Source of the DNA: Anthoceros angustus
Lineage: Eukaryota; Plantae; Anthocerotophyta
Direction: 5' to 3'
Length of the DNA: 64,000 nucleotides
Assembly (NCBI GenBank): GCA_010909165.1
Contig: VJWM01000179.1
Span: forward strand, 62,001 to 126,000
Position numbers and translations under genes: made by a program. The notes beneath the pieces are model-generated. The model did not search any database and had not been told where the DNA came from. It worked only from the letters and a program-made list of their open reading frames with translations. The number at the start of each line of letters is the position of its first letter. Positions within the stretch are counted from its first letter, which is position 1. Shown here piece after piece: positions 24,830 through 36,486 of the stretch.

Positions 24830-27784
24830 AGGGCCTGCCTTTTGGATACTATTCATACATTTGTGGCCTATGTCCTGACTCATTTGGAGGAGCTATTTAT
24901 TTTATTACATTCATAGATGAATGGAGCCGCTATTGTATTGTTTATGTGTTAAGACATAAAAGCGAGGCTCTTATGTGTTTTCAAACCTATGTGCGTTTTG
25001 CAACCGGCAGTCACAAGGTTAAAATTTTACTGTGATGACAATGGTGGCGAATACATCACAATGCTTTTGAATTTTGCTCTTGGAAGGGATCCATCACTCA
25101 CCGTGCGTATACTCCTGCCGAACTCTTTTCTTTGAGAGGAAAACCCGGACCTCAGAGGCTACTTTGGCATCTCTCACTTTTGCTAGTCTCTCTCGTGGAT
25201 ATTGTGAGGCGTTGATGGGCTAACTATGTTCTCAACCGACTACCTTCTAAGGAGCTTGGTTTGACAACTCCTTATGAGAGATGGACGGACACAAGCCCGC
25301 ATTGGGCACTTCGTATATTCGGATCACCGCTTATGCTTATGTACACAGCTACTCGTCATAAGATGGACTTGAAGGCTATTCGCGATTTTTGTGGGCTACT
25401 CCGCGATGTGAAGGGTTACAAGTTATTTGATCCCTCTACACGTCAGGTGACCATCTCACGCAGTGTGGTTTTTAACGAAGATATTTTGCTTCGTCAACAT
25501 CTTTTCACTCACTCCACAACTATGCCTCTTGCATCTATATCGGTGTTCGGACCCACCTCTCTTGCATTTGATGATTCTTCTTCTATTTTGAGGATGACTC
25601 CTCTTTGGCTTGAGGGCTGCCCTTGCCCAATCACCCCCGTAGCTCCAACTCCCATTGTTGCGGTGGATGATCACCCCTCTTCCAGGTGACTCATGACACT
25701 ATTGTACTTGAACACCTGAAGATGAAGCCAATGAAGAGCCTCCTCAAGTCTCGTCGTTCTACGGACACCATCCTCCAAGGTCGTGGAAAGAGCCTCCGTA
25801 TGTTGCAGGTATTGCTGTAGAGGAACCACTTTTTCCACCTGCTCACGTTTTTAGTGTTGTAGACTCATTAGGTGAACCCGCCACCTATAGAGAAGCTATT
25901 GAAGGGCCCTTCCTTTTGGCAAGGCTATTGAGTCGAATATCAATCTCTCATTTCTAATAAAACTTGGGTTCTTGTAGATCTCCCTCGGTCGTAAACCGGT
26001 TGTAAGTGGGTCTTCAAAAAAACTCATCTGATGGTAGTGTTGGTAGGTATAAGGCGCCTCGTGGCAAAGGGATATAGTCAAGTAGCGGTTAGACTACAAT
26101 GAAACATTTGCCCCTTGTTAAGTCTACTTCCATAAGAATACTCCTTGCCCTTGCTGCTCACTACAATCTCCTCGTACATCAGTTAGACGTAAAAACTGCT
26201 TTTCTTAATGGCACCTTAGATGAGGTCATCTACATGGCTCAACCGGAAGGTTTTATTATAGACCCTAATAAAGTATGTCAACTTTTAAAAACACTTTATG
26301 GTCTTAAACAGTCTTCCCGTGCATGGAATGAAGTGTTTCATGCATTGCTCATAGAATTGGGTTTCACATGTTTGGACGCTGATAGCAGCGTATATATTTT
26401 ATGGGATGACAATGATTTTATCATTTTAACTGTTTATGTGGATGATAATATTTTATTTAGCACTTCACCAACTCTTATGGCAAGAATGAAAGCGATTTGA
26501 TAGGTTTGATATGACTGATTTGGGGCGATTATCTTTTCTCTTGGCATTCAATTCCATTTTAACTCTGATAACACTATTGATATTCATCAAGAGCATTTTG
26601 TACATCAACTACTTAAGAGGTTCAAGATGGAGGATGCACGACCAGTAAGCACACCTATGTCTACAGGTGAAAAGCTATCTAAGGAACAATGCCCGACAAG
26701 AAGAAAAGGCCGAGATGGCACTCAAGCCTTACAAGGCTTGGTTGTTTAATCTATCTATCGGGTTGGACTAGATTAGACATCACACGTGCGATTAGTAATG
26801 TAAGTCGGTTCTAGAACCACGGCACCACATTGGGCTGCGATGAAGAGAATTTTAGGTACCTCAAAGGAACAACAAAGGTTTACGTTTTCTAAGCAACGGA
26901 TGGTTTGCGCTAATGTCCTTTTGTGATGCCGATGGGCTGGTGACCCGGACACTAGGCGTATTGTAGCCTCTGTACATTTTAGGTGGATCGGTTATCTCTT
27001 GGTCAAGTAAAAGCTCACTACTATTTGTCTTTCCTCTACAGGCGAATATGGTGCCATGACACAAGTCGCTAGAGAGGTTATTTGGATTAGATCTTTCTTA
27101 AGTGGACTTAAGCGACTTCATGAAGGACCAACTCGGCTTGGTGCGACAACGATCGGCCATTGCTTTATCGAAGAATCCAGTTTTTCATGCTAGAAGTAAG
27201 CATATCGAGATTGCTCATCATTTTATAAGACAAGCGCGTAAAGAGGTAATAGTGGACTATGTTGCCACTTCAGAAAATGTGGCTGACCTTTTGACAAAGT
27301 CTTTGCCAAAGTTGGTACATGAGAAACATACTTTGGCAGCTGGCTACAATTTATACCTGCGTGAGCAAAGCAGAAACTCATTAGTTGATTTCCTCTTTCA
27401 TGGCTTGGTGATTGGATGAAGCCTTATTGTGTTATGTGATCGTCACACTTGCTGGAACTCTTTCTTATATCGGTGGGAGTACACTTTCTATTATGAAGTC
27501 AATTTTCAAGATATTTTCAAGCTTATCAATTAACTCCTAATTGCAACTAAGTGGGAGTAATGGAATATAGCTTATTTTGGAATAGATAAAACATAATGGT
27601 GATTTCAGTTACAATTAAATTAGGTTTAGTTTTATTAGTCGTTAATTAATAATCGTCAATAACCGTTTTTGTATAAGACCCTTTCTTTGTGTGTAATTTG
27701 TATCATCTTTCGATTCCAACTTGCTCTTGTCCCTATTGCTTACCTCTTGCACGATCTTCACACATGCGATCCTAGGCTACCAAC
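24830..27784 (+). mobile_element. Ty1/copia retrotransposon 2, heavily degenerate (INT-RT-RH plus 3' LTR ~27558-27784)
   Basis: DDNGGEY integrase remnant; KGYKLFDP; HQLDVKTAFLNG...YGLKQSSRAW...VYVDD; AIALSKNPVFHARSKHIE...NVADLLTK; PPT AAGTGGGAG at 27549-27557. Confidence 0.92.
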
Positions 27785-30700
27785 TTCTTTAGAGGTCGGT
27801 CTGCTAAAGTCACTATTGCGGACATGGGAAGCAATGCCAGAGAGGATGAGGTGAGGGACGACTAGGATATGTCGCTTTGCAACGATTGCGTTTTTTACAG
27901 TGACTTTGTAATTGAGTCTTGCGGTGCAGGGAAATTGTGGGAGCCATCAGGAAACATCAGCATCATCTGCAGAAGAGCAATGGTCTCCAGTGCGGTGGAA
28001 GTCAATTCGGAACTGCGCGGAAGGGAAGGAGCGGAAGCATCCGGGAAGGCCGATGGGCCGGAGAAAAGGCGCTGCCTTGCACGAAAGGACGCGGCGAAGA
28101 ACAAAGGGAAAGGGAAGCACACGACGCTGAGAGCCTGCACCCCGTTCTCTGGAGATTATTGAGGACTGAATGAGGGCTGAGATTTCAATGTGAGCGGGTA
28201 TGGAGTGTACACATTTGAATACGGAAGTAGAGGGGGGCGGAAAGTAGGCCCGGTCCAGGATGCATAGATTGCATGCATCCATCGGCACACCTCATGGCAC
28301 ACCTCGCCGGGCCCTTCCACGTAGAACGACACAATGCCTCGGTTACCGTATCTATGTAGGTAGACAGAGTGGTATTGGACTAAACATGTATTGCCTTGAA
28401 AGGGAAGGCTATATTTAGTAATAACATATTATTAATATGAATGATAAACAATTTAAAACTATCTTATTGCGTAATGAAGTCTTTTAAATACAGATCAAAA
28501 TTAATTAAGGAAAGCATCATCATGGCACATCGTCCATTATGAAGCCACGTGGAATGAATCAGAGGTTGCACCAAAGATGGGACATATGGATATGGCAGGT
28601 GCAAAGGGCTCGTTCAGCAACGGGAACGCCGACACGTCGACACCGTGCGGCCACAAGGAGCATGTGATAACAGAAAGGCCATGATGGCATGTACTTTGCA
28701 GCGAGACACCCCGCCATGTGGCGCCCATGCAGAACATATAAAACCATGCTTAGTGGCGGAAAACGGGGTGGACACCAAGTGGCGCATACATATGGCCAGA
28801 AATATGCCCGTGGAAGCAGAGATATGGACATGTGAGTACGGGGAATGAAAAATCATGGCGCACGCGGTGGGAGGAACGTGGCGGCTCGGGCAGGAGAGGA
28901 AGCCAAGTGGCGGCCACAAAGCTTACAGGGAAGTGGCCCAGTTAAGCTCTAACCAAAGGTTACATCCGTTACAAAATGGCTCAGTAACGACCGATAATGT
29001 AACGCGTGGAGTAACATTCTACTCACAAACCCGCCCCCGCTTTATTGCCGAGAATAACGTTACAAAAGCAAAGCATTGTTACAAAACAGGGAACATCGTT
29101 ACTACAAAAGCGTTACAACTGCACCTACTATGGTGTAGTGCGGTTATGTTCTGACTATGGTTTTGGGGCGTGAACTTTGAAGATTTGCTGAAATGTTTGC
29201 TTACAATACCCTCCCATTGCCCGTAACTTGGATGTCGGTGTCCAGATAGTGGTTGACGCGCAAGAAACAGAGGAGGGAGGGCCGACATCATCTGTTTGCG
29301 CCACGGTCGATGGTCACGCTGGTGATGGTCAGCGAAATGGCGAGGAGCAAGGCGAGCTGCCGCTTTACCATGCTAAAGTGGAATTGCTCAACGGCGAAGG
29401 GACGGGGGCCAAAGCCGGAGGGAGCGCGGCAAGCGATGTGGGCATATCTGTCGCCTCTGCAGACAAGGCGAGAGTGGATGCCGGGGAGGGTCCTTCCGTG
29501 GAGCCGGATGGAGGCATGGAGGTGCCTCGTGGGGGAGGGGAGGTGCACGCAACAGCCGTGGAAGGTGTTGCCGATGAGGAGGAGGCAGCGGCAACAAATC
29601 CTCCTCATTCCGACCTGCTGTCTCCAAGAGGTGGGCAGCTAACGGTGGAGCTTGTGGGTGCAAGGGACGACCTGCCGAACGCAGACGCAGACTATGAAAG
29701 GGCCCTCCACACCGGAGGAGAGAACGAAATTGCCCGAGGTGCAGTTAAGGAGGACCGCTGTGGGCATGTGGAGGATGATGGTGGTGTTGCCGAGGACGCG
29801 CACCTTCAGGATGGCGGGAGGGAGAATCGGGCTGTTCTAGAAGAGCTTATGTTTGATGGCCATGGGGAACTCCGAACGAGTGGGCAGGAGGGTCATTCTG
29901 AAGGGCAGCAAAGTGCTGCCTTTGGAGTTGACATTGTTACAGGGGAGCAGGAGGAAGAGGAGGGAGGCCATGAAACGCCTGCTCATGAGTTAGAGAGGCA
30001 CAGACTAGACGAGGACACCACCGGCACCGAGGATGGTGAAAGCAGGAGGGAGGCAGTGGGAGTGGAAATGGCTGATGAAGAGGTGGAGGAGGACCTACCG
30101 ACAACATTGACAGCAGGAGCGATAGGGAGATGCGGAAAAGTTGGCCGGTAAGCCACTTGTGACATCATTGCCGTGTTTGCGGTTTGCATGGTCGGGGTTT
30201 ACATGGCCGTGAGCCTGAAAGTGATGGAGGGTGGGTGGAGAATGAAGATGAGGAGGAAGAGCCCATCGACGAGGGCCTTGGTCCGGAAGGCCTTCCAAGC
30301 GTGTTGGAGCTAGTGTGCGCGAAGATGCAGTTGATGGTACCATGGTCGAGCCACGACGAGACTTTGAGGGACAGATTGGTGAGAAAGGTAGAGTATGAGT
30401 TCCCTGGTATAGATCGCGAGGATATTGTGGCAAGGTTTGCAGGGGCTTCGCGGACAAGAAACCACAACGTTGGGAAGAAGGTGCGACAAGCTGCGATTAT
30501 TTGGAGGGAGAAGGGGAAAGATGCGAAATGGCTGCACCCTCCGAACGTCAGCACCAAGGCGTGGAGACGGGCTGTCAAGCAAGTAGTGGTCACATTGCAG
30601 AAGCATGGTGGTGTGTGGCCAACACCACAACAAGCAGCCGCAATGTCAGCTCGACTTGCAAAGCACGAGCATGGGACCAATCCCTTTGGTACCATGCACT

Positions 30701-31226
30701 ACTAGGAAAAGTATACTTTTACTAATTGCAGGTTTACAAAAGGGGTGCATTTTACCACGACTGCCCATTTTACTACCAATTGAAGGCAACTGTTTCAAGT
30801 CCATGTATTATTTTCAAGTATAGCCTACGAATTTACTAAACCTCATTCCAACTTTACTGGCTTGTTTTGCCAAAGGCGCAAGTGACGTGGCAAAACAAAA
30901 TGGATTTTACTACGGGCACTTGTTACTTGGCGCTTATGCGTTACAACGATGGCATGTTTGTTTACTACGGGCCATCAATTTACTACAGGACTTTCTCCAT
31001 TACAACGGGTTCTTTTACAACATGCCAATGGTATTTTACAACATCCCATAGTTTACTACACACCTGTAGGGTTTTCAACAAGACCCTTTACGACTAGACA
31101 CCGGTCGTTTACAACAGCACTAATTTAGAATGGGTTTTGATGATAACCCACATCTTTTTACCCTAAAAAGAAAAAAAGTAGAGGTAACCGGGGTGTACAT
31201 CAGTTACGGCTTGGGCTAGGCCGACC

Positions 31227-31619
31227 CTAAACGAGAACAAGCGGGGACATGCTGAAAAATCCTCCATATGCATCCATATTTTCTTCAAAGACAGCGCGTT
31301 TTCCACGTGCAGTGGTCCCGACAACCACTTTATTGTCATACAAAAAAGTTTGAATTAGTTTGGGTGACACAAGGGTAAAGGGATCATCTTGAACTCTGGT
31401 AGAAGGATAACAAGATCTAGGGTTCACTATGTGCATTCCAGAGTTGTCCTTCTTCAATCCCTTGCTGTGATCATTTGCATCCTCATAAACTGGTTTGAAC
31501 CACTTAACCTTTAAAAAGTTAGCTGTTGATGACAACCCAAAGTCAACCTTTAAAATTTTCTGCACTATTCCCACATATGGCCGAGGAGAAGTGTGGCCGA
31601 GGATTAGGGTTTGGGTCAA
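31227..31619 (-). pseudogene. DUF4216-like TnpD C-terminal fragment
   Basis: PYVGIVQKILKVDFG...FLKVKWF...DNSGMHIVN...DDPFTL matches the CACTA TnpD C-terminal pattern. Confidence 0.78.
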
Positions 31620-34299
31620 ATTAACCTTGGCCTTCGAAAATCGAGTTGAATATGTCGGATGAGGGTTAGGGTTTGGTTAAAGTAACCTTGGGCTTGGATT
31701 CGCATGGAATATGCTAGCTTGAGGTCTAGGGTTCGGTAAAGTCCTATTATCACCGATATCCAAGGAAGAAGAAGGCTATAAATGCAATGATAATGTGCTA
31801 ATTCACCAAGCCATATCCAGGGTTTGAGCTCCATTCCCACCAGAGCAAAAACATCATGCAAAAACACTGGCGAGTCTAATGGAGGTCATTTGTCAGTGTA
31901 TGGAAAACCCTTAAATCTCGTATCATGACTCAGAGAGGCAAGCCCGCACCAGAATCGCTGACGCCAGCCATGGCCGCCACGCTAAACCCTGGAGATGGAG
32001 ATGGAGGCAGCTAGTCGTCGAAGTCGCGCCAAGGAGAGTGCCTGCAGCTATCTTAGAAACTCAAGTGCTTTCGTTGTTCCAGCCAGATTTGGGCTCAAGG
32101 GTTGCAAGGATTGATGTTTCTGTGTCCCGCTGCAGTGCCAGGTGCGACTTACCCGACTCCAAGCTGCCTGGTGCAGGCAGCCCATCAACAAAGTCGTTCC
32201 CACGACTCCTAGAAACCTGCACGTGAGCAGATTTCATGTCACTTCGACGACTAACTGCGAGATCTGAGTGCGTCTGGGCTTAGAGCAGGTGGCTACGCAC
32301 CCACAGCAAGGCACCACCTCCCCGCCTCACTAGCCGCGTTGCGTGCTGATCCAACAAGTTTGGGGTTTCCAACCTTCCAGGGTCATAGCGCCCGCGTTAC
32401 AGGTCGGTTGCCGTTGATTCTTATACCAAACTGCTCGCCTTGATGAGGCGAGTCTAATGGTATACTGTGTGTCCAATTTGGAGCCCTATCCAGGGACTGA
32501 TTGCGTTTGAAAGTTTCGAACAGCAGGGTTTTGCTCTTGCTGCATTTGCTTTGATTTTCAATCTGGCATCGCGAGTGAGCGAGGCCGTGTGCTGCAAGCT
32601 TTGCATGTGAGCTGGAGTTTTGCTGTGCTGTGTTTCTCAATCCTAGGGCAGACATAGGGGACCGTAGGTGCTGCCGCATGATCAAAGCAGTTGAACTTTC
32701 TATTTTGTGCTAGGAGGAGGGTGCCATGAAGAGGGTGAAGGATACAGGTAGCAATACCTACACATGCTTTGGCCATGGGGGCAGCGTGGTTTTCTGGATA
32801 GGTTCAGAGGAAAGTTTGGGAGGAGCCAACCGTGGATGAGATCAGAGCTGTTGGTACAGTTCACGGAAATTGGCTGGTGAAGCTGCAAGCGTTTTGGATG
32901 AATTCCAAAATCACAAGTCCTGGGTCCACAGTTAACTCTGTGGGGATTGACACGCTATTAACGTGTGGAACACATGGTTGAGGCGGTGTGGAAGACCACA
33001 TGTACACTAACCCTCCACTGATTGGTTTGAATGTTTTTTTTGTTTTTCTTATGTTTTGTGTGATGGAGTGCTTAGGAAATGTCAGGCAAGGCCTTTTATA
33101 CTAAAATGGTCCTTGGCCCATGACAATATTACTTTTACAAATAATTAGTCCTTGGGCCTCGAACTGTGAATATCGGGCTAGAAGGTCCTTGGACCTTGGG
33201 ATTTTAGGAATAAAAATTGTCTATATAAGGTGGGGATCCTTCATTCAAAGAATAGGGGCCCAGAACAAGTGGAGACGCCTGCACCTCCGAGAAGTTCAAG
33301 CTAGCGGAGAGGTATAAGCGGGAGAGAGGTGAGGCTAGGGCCGGGGTCAAGAGAGAGGGCAAGGCGAAGAAGGCGGGAAACCGCGGCCGCGGTGGTGACC
33401 GGTGGGGAAGCAGCCACCACGGTGGTGGAGCCGCCACCACGTCGGGAAGAAGGACCCAAGGTGGGGAAGCCACCGTCGGGGCCGTGGGAGGATGCAACTC
33501 CCTCAGTTCGAGCGGCCGAGATTGTCCAGGCCGGGCGCATACCTTCACAGGTTGTGCTCGAGGAAATGAGCAAGGCGGAGGCTAGAGCATGGATGGAGGA
33601 ACGCACTTTTGTCCAGGATGAGGAGCGAGGAAACGCGCAGGGCGTGAGACGGCGCCTCCTAGGAGGAGTGAAGGGACCTCGGATAGCGGGAGTGAGGTGG
33701 AGATATTAAGGGAGGATCTTCGGATCGGGCGTGGTAGGAGAGAGGAACATGGGCGAGGCTAGGCGCCCGAGGCGGATTTTAGAGGGAGCGGCATCATAGG
33801 TCGAGGCTTTCACTTGGATTAGAGGATAAGGTGCTAGGAAGCTTGTGAATCTGTAGATACCCGAATTGGTAGGCGCGCTCGTGGTAAGTTAGCCATCTTT
33901 AGACACTGGAGGTAGGTTAGCCATCTTTAGACACTGGGAAAGTGAGCTATGGCGCGCCGCGGCCAGATGTATAAGAGACCCTTTGAGTGTCTCTCTTAAC
34001 AGACAATTTCAGGTGTGAGCTCCCGTGTGTCGAATTTGTGCGCGTGGTTGGTTGGAGGCATCCGATCGATGACGGGCTGATTCGGTGTGCTGTCCTCTCT
34101 TCACAAGAGGGCCGGGGAGATCCCTGGATGGTCGAGAGCTGAGTGACCAAGCTCCGTATCTGGGGTGACTAGTGGTGAAGGGTGCTCAACGCATGCCGAG
34201 AGGAAATTCCAGGGACCGGGTGAGATCGCGGGTGTGAGGATCGCTGTGGAGCCGACCATTTGTTTTCCTTTCCCAACCCGTCTAACGTTGTGTCTAATC

Positions 34300-34400
34300 C
34301 CAAGGAGGGGTCTGTGGCCCAAGGAGGTCTGTGTGGCCCGAGGAGGGGTCTGTGGCCCAAGGAGGGGTCTGTGGCCCAAGAGAGGTCTGTGGCCCAAGAG
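34300..34400. repeat. 18-20 bp minisatellite (AGGGGTCTGTGGCCCA core, ~5 units)
   Basis: Directly visible tandem units. Confidence 0.9.
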
Positions 34401-34767
34401 AGAGAATGGTGAGGCATGTGGTGTGAGAGAGGAGGATCTGGGAACATCTTGTGCGGTGGTGTATGAGGTCCTAGAAGAAAGGGGTGAGTGAGTCGTTGTG
34501 TGAAGGGAGTCTAGGAAGTGGTGAGCGCGAGAGTCCGGAAACGCGAACCGAGGAAGGTTGGGAATAAATTGTGGGGTCGGAGGAAATCGGCGGAGTGAGG
34601 TGCCGCGCGTGGCCATGGTGTGCATCCACCGGTGAGCTCTCGGTGTGAATCCACATGAGTGTGACTTGGTGTACATGTGAATCGTGCATAGGACCATAGC
34701 CCTTAGCAGGCGTGGGAACCGGTGCCAAATAGTCGATCGCGACGCTGCGGCGCCCGTCGGTGGGTCC

Positions 34768-34910
34768 CACCACGGCGGTGGCGAATCCACCACGGTGGCG
34801 AATCCACCACGGCGGTGGCGAATCCACCACGGTGGCGAATCCACCACGGCGGTGGCGAATCCACCACGCGGTGGCGAATCCACCACGGCGGTGGTCGAAC
34901 TTACCACGGT
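34768..34910. repeat. 18-21 bp minisatellite (CCACGGCGGTGGCGAATCCA, ~6 units); degraded copy at ~37895-37990
   Basis: Directly visible tandem units. Confidence 0.9.
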
Positions 34911-36486
34911 CGTGGGTTCGGACGGTAGTTGATTATGGTGGGTAGGCGATTGTAGGAGGACTAGAATCCATAGTTTTAGAACATCTTGACACAAAACCAT
35001 TCCCTTGGGATCGAATCCTAGGACTATAACGACATAGAGGGTAAATGTGGCCTCTTTGCGTCTCCGGATGCAAAACCATTCCACGCGGGTTACCCAACCG
35101 ATGAATGCGATACCCAATCATGGGGCTTGGCTTAAAAGTTGAAAGAGTTTTGGATGCGATGCGGAACTAGAACTCCGACTTTGGGTCCGCTTAGTGGACT
35201 CAAAGGCGTAAGGACAAGGCGATTAATGTGTGGACCTTGTTGAAGAATGCGTGCTATTCCATCAAGGAGTGCGATGAGAAGGTCATGGAGGCCATCCTAA
35301 AGCGTAATGTCATAGATGACGGTGGATGGTGGGGCATTATCTTCCCGCAAAGTTGCAAGAGAAGCCGAGGATGCTTGAGCATGATTCTCGTTAGGTCGTT
35401 GTCCGGGACTATTGTGTCTATTTTGTGATAGCCTGAAGTTCCGTGAACTTGAACCGATTTAAGTTCGTGGTTCTCTTTTTTTTTGCGGTGGCAAACCTTG
35501 AGTTGAGGTCTTTGGGTGGAAAATTCTTAGATGCCCTGTAGCATGTAGGGGCCGGAGTCTAATATATTGTAGGATGTAGGTGCAATCCCGAATTCAAGAC
35601 CCCATAACCCACACACCCTTCACTCCTTCATTTTACTACAACAGTGCACTTTACTACAATATAAATCAGTATTTACTTTACTACGGTCCTGTTTACATCA
35701 GATTTTACTACGTGCCTTATTTTGCAGCCGTGTGTTTTACAACGGCCCGTTATAACTACAGTTCAATTAACCTAACCATGGTTACATAACTATGGTTTAT
35801 AAACCATCGCTATTTAACTTCGCTAATAAACTTGAGTTAATTCACATTGGTTACTTAACCATATTTTATTAACCACGATTACGATTGTTGTAAATGTCGT
35901 TGTAGATCCTTTGGTAATTGTTGTTGTAAAGTGAATCGTAGTTAAACCCTAAGCGATGTATGGTCAACTCAGAAGTACATCGTATGTATGTCACATACGA
36001 ATACGGTATATAGCCATGGTATACGGTGTGAAGACATTACCACAGAAATTAACGCTATGTGTTTACAACGGGCATTTTACTACAGGTGTAGTAATTCTGT
36101 AGTAATGTCCGTAGTAAATTCCGTTGTAAAGGACACGTTTTCCTAGTAGTGATGGGAGTTCGAGAGAAGGTATGTCCAACGGTGGGGAGGGAACGCAACA
36201 GTACAAGAGTTGAAATGGGCTGCAAAACATGGATTGGAGAGCATGCCGAACTACTGGAGTGGTATGGCAATAGATCGGAGCCTTGGTGGAATAGCTAGCT
36301 GTGGTCAAAGAAGGTGCGCCGTTGGAACATGAAGACCGTGAACAGTAACTGCTGTGTGTTCATGGCTGCAGGTCAGAAGGAGAAGGAAAGGTATGTGGCA
36401 GGTGAAGGGCACGGAAAGATGGAAGGAACAATAGCATGTGCCGAGGGGGAAGGGGAAGGGAAGGTGGGAACGAGGGCGGCATCACG

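Larger units (their letters stand above)
4133..29140 (+). mobile_element. ~25-kb CACTA element with nested insertions
   Basis: Left end CACTACAACAAGTAGG; right end reverse-complements to CACTACACCATAGTAGG. Flanks are CAG/CGG (3-bp TSD with one mismatch). GTAAC/GTTAC subterminal motifs occur at both ends. The joined flanks align to an uninterrupted homologue at ~37712-37810. Internal TnpD is on the plus strand. Confidence 0.82.
30697..36151. mobile_element. Non-autonomous CACTA element, 5455 bp
   Basis: Perfect 14-bp TIR CACTACTAGGAAAA / TTTTCCTAGTAGTG; perfect ATG TSD (30694-30696, 36152-36154); dense TTACAAC/TTACTAC subterminal motifs; empty site at ~39565-39575. Confidence 0.96.
29228..36295 (+). 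pseudogene. TnpA-like (Ptta/En-Spm-type) ORF of the outer CACTA, split by the insertion at 30697-36151
   Basis: Acidic low-complexity N-terminal ORF (29228-30151), then ...PPNVSTKAWRRAVKQ...ARLAKHEHGTNPFG. It resumes after 36151 (KTWIGEHAELLEWYGNRSEPWWNS*); an uninterrupted copy lies at 39275-39721. The TnpA assignment rests on loose motif resemblance. Confidence 0.55.

Noticed and set aside
31600-31740. TTAGGGTTT telomere-like motifs (also ~24604, ~24642 and AAACCTA at 45480-45670)
   Set aside because: These are isolated motifs inside TEs, not a tandem telomeric array.
33960-34010. AGATGTATAAGAGAC...TGTCTCTCTTAAC resembles the Tn5 mosaic end / Nextera adapter
   Set aside because: It needs a 2-nt deletion and end mismatches. 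A similar TGTATAAGACCCTTT occurs as a natural LTR TATA region at ~27670.
34101-35117. 338-aa minus-strand ORF
   Set aside because: It is largely translation of two minisatellites and is not preserved in the copy at 37797-38200.
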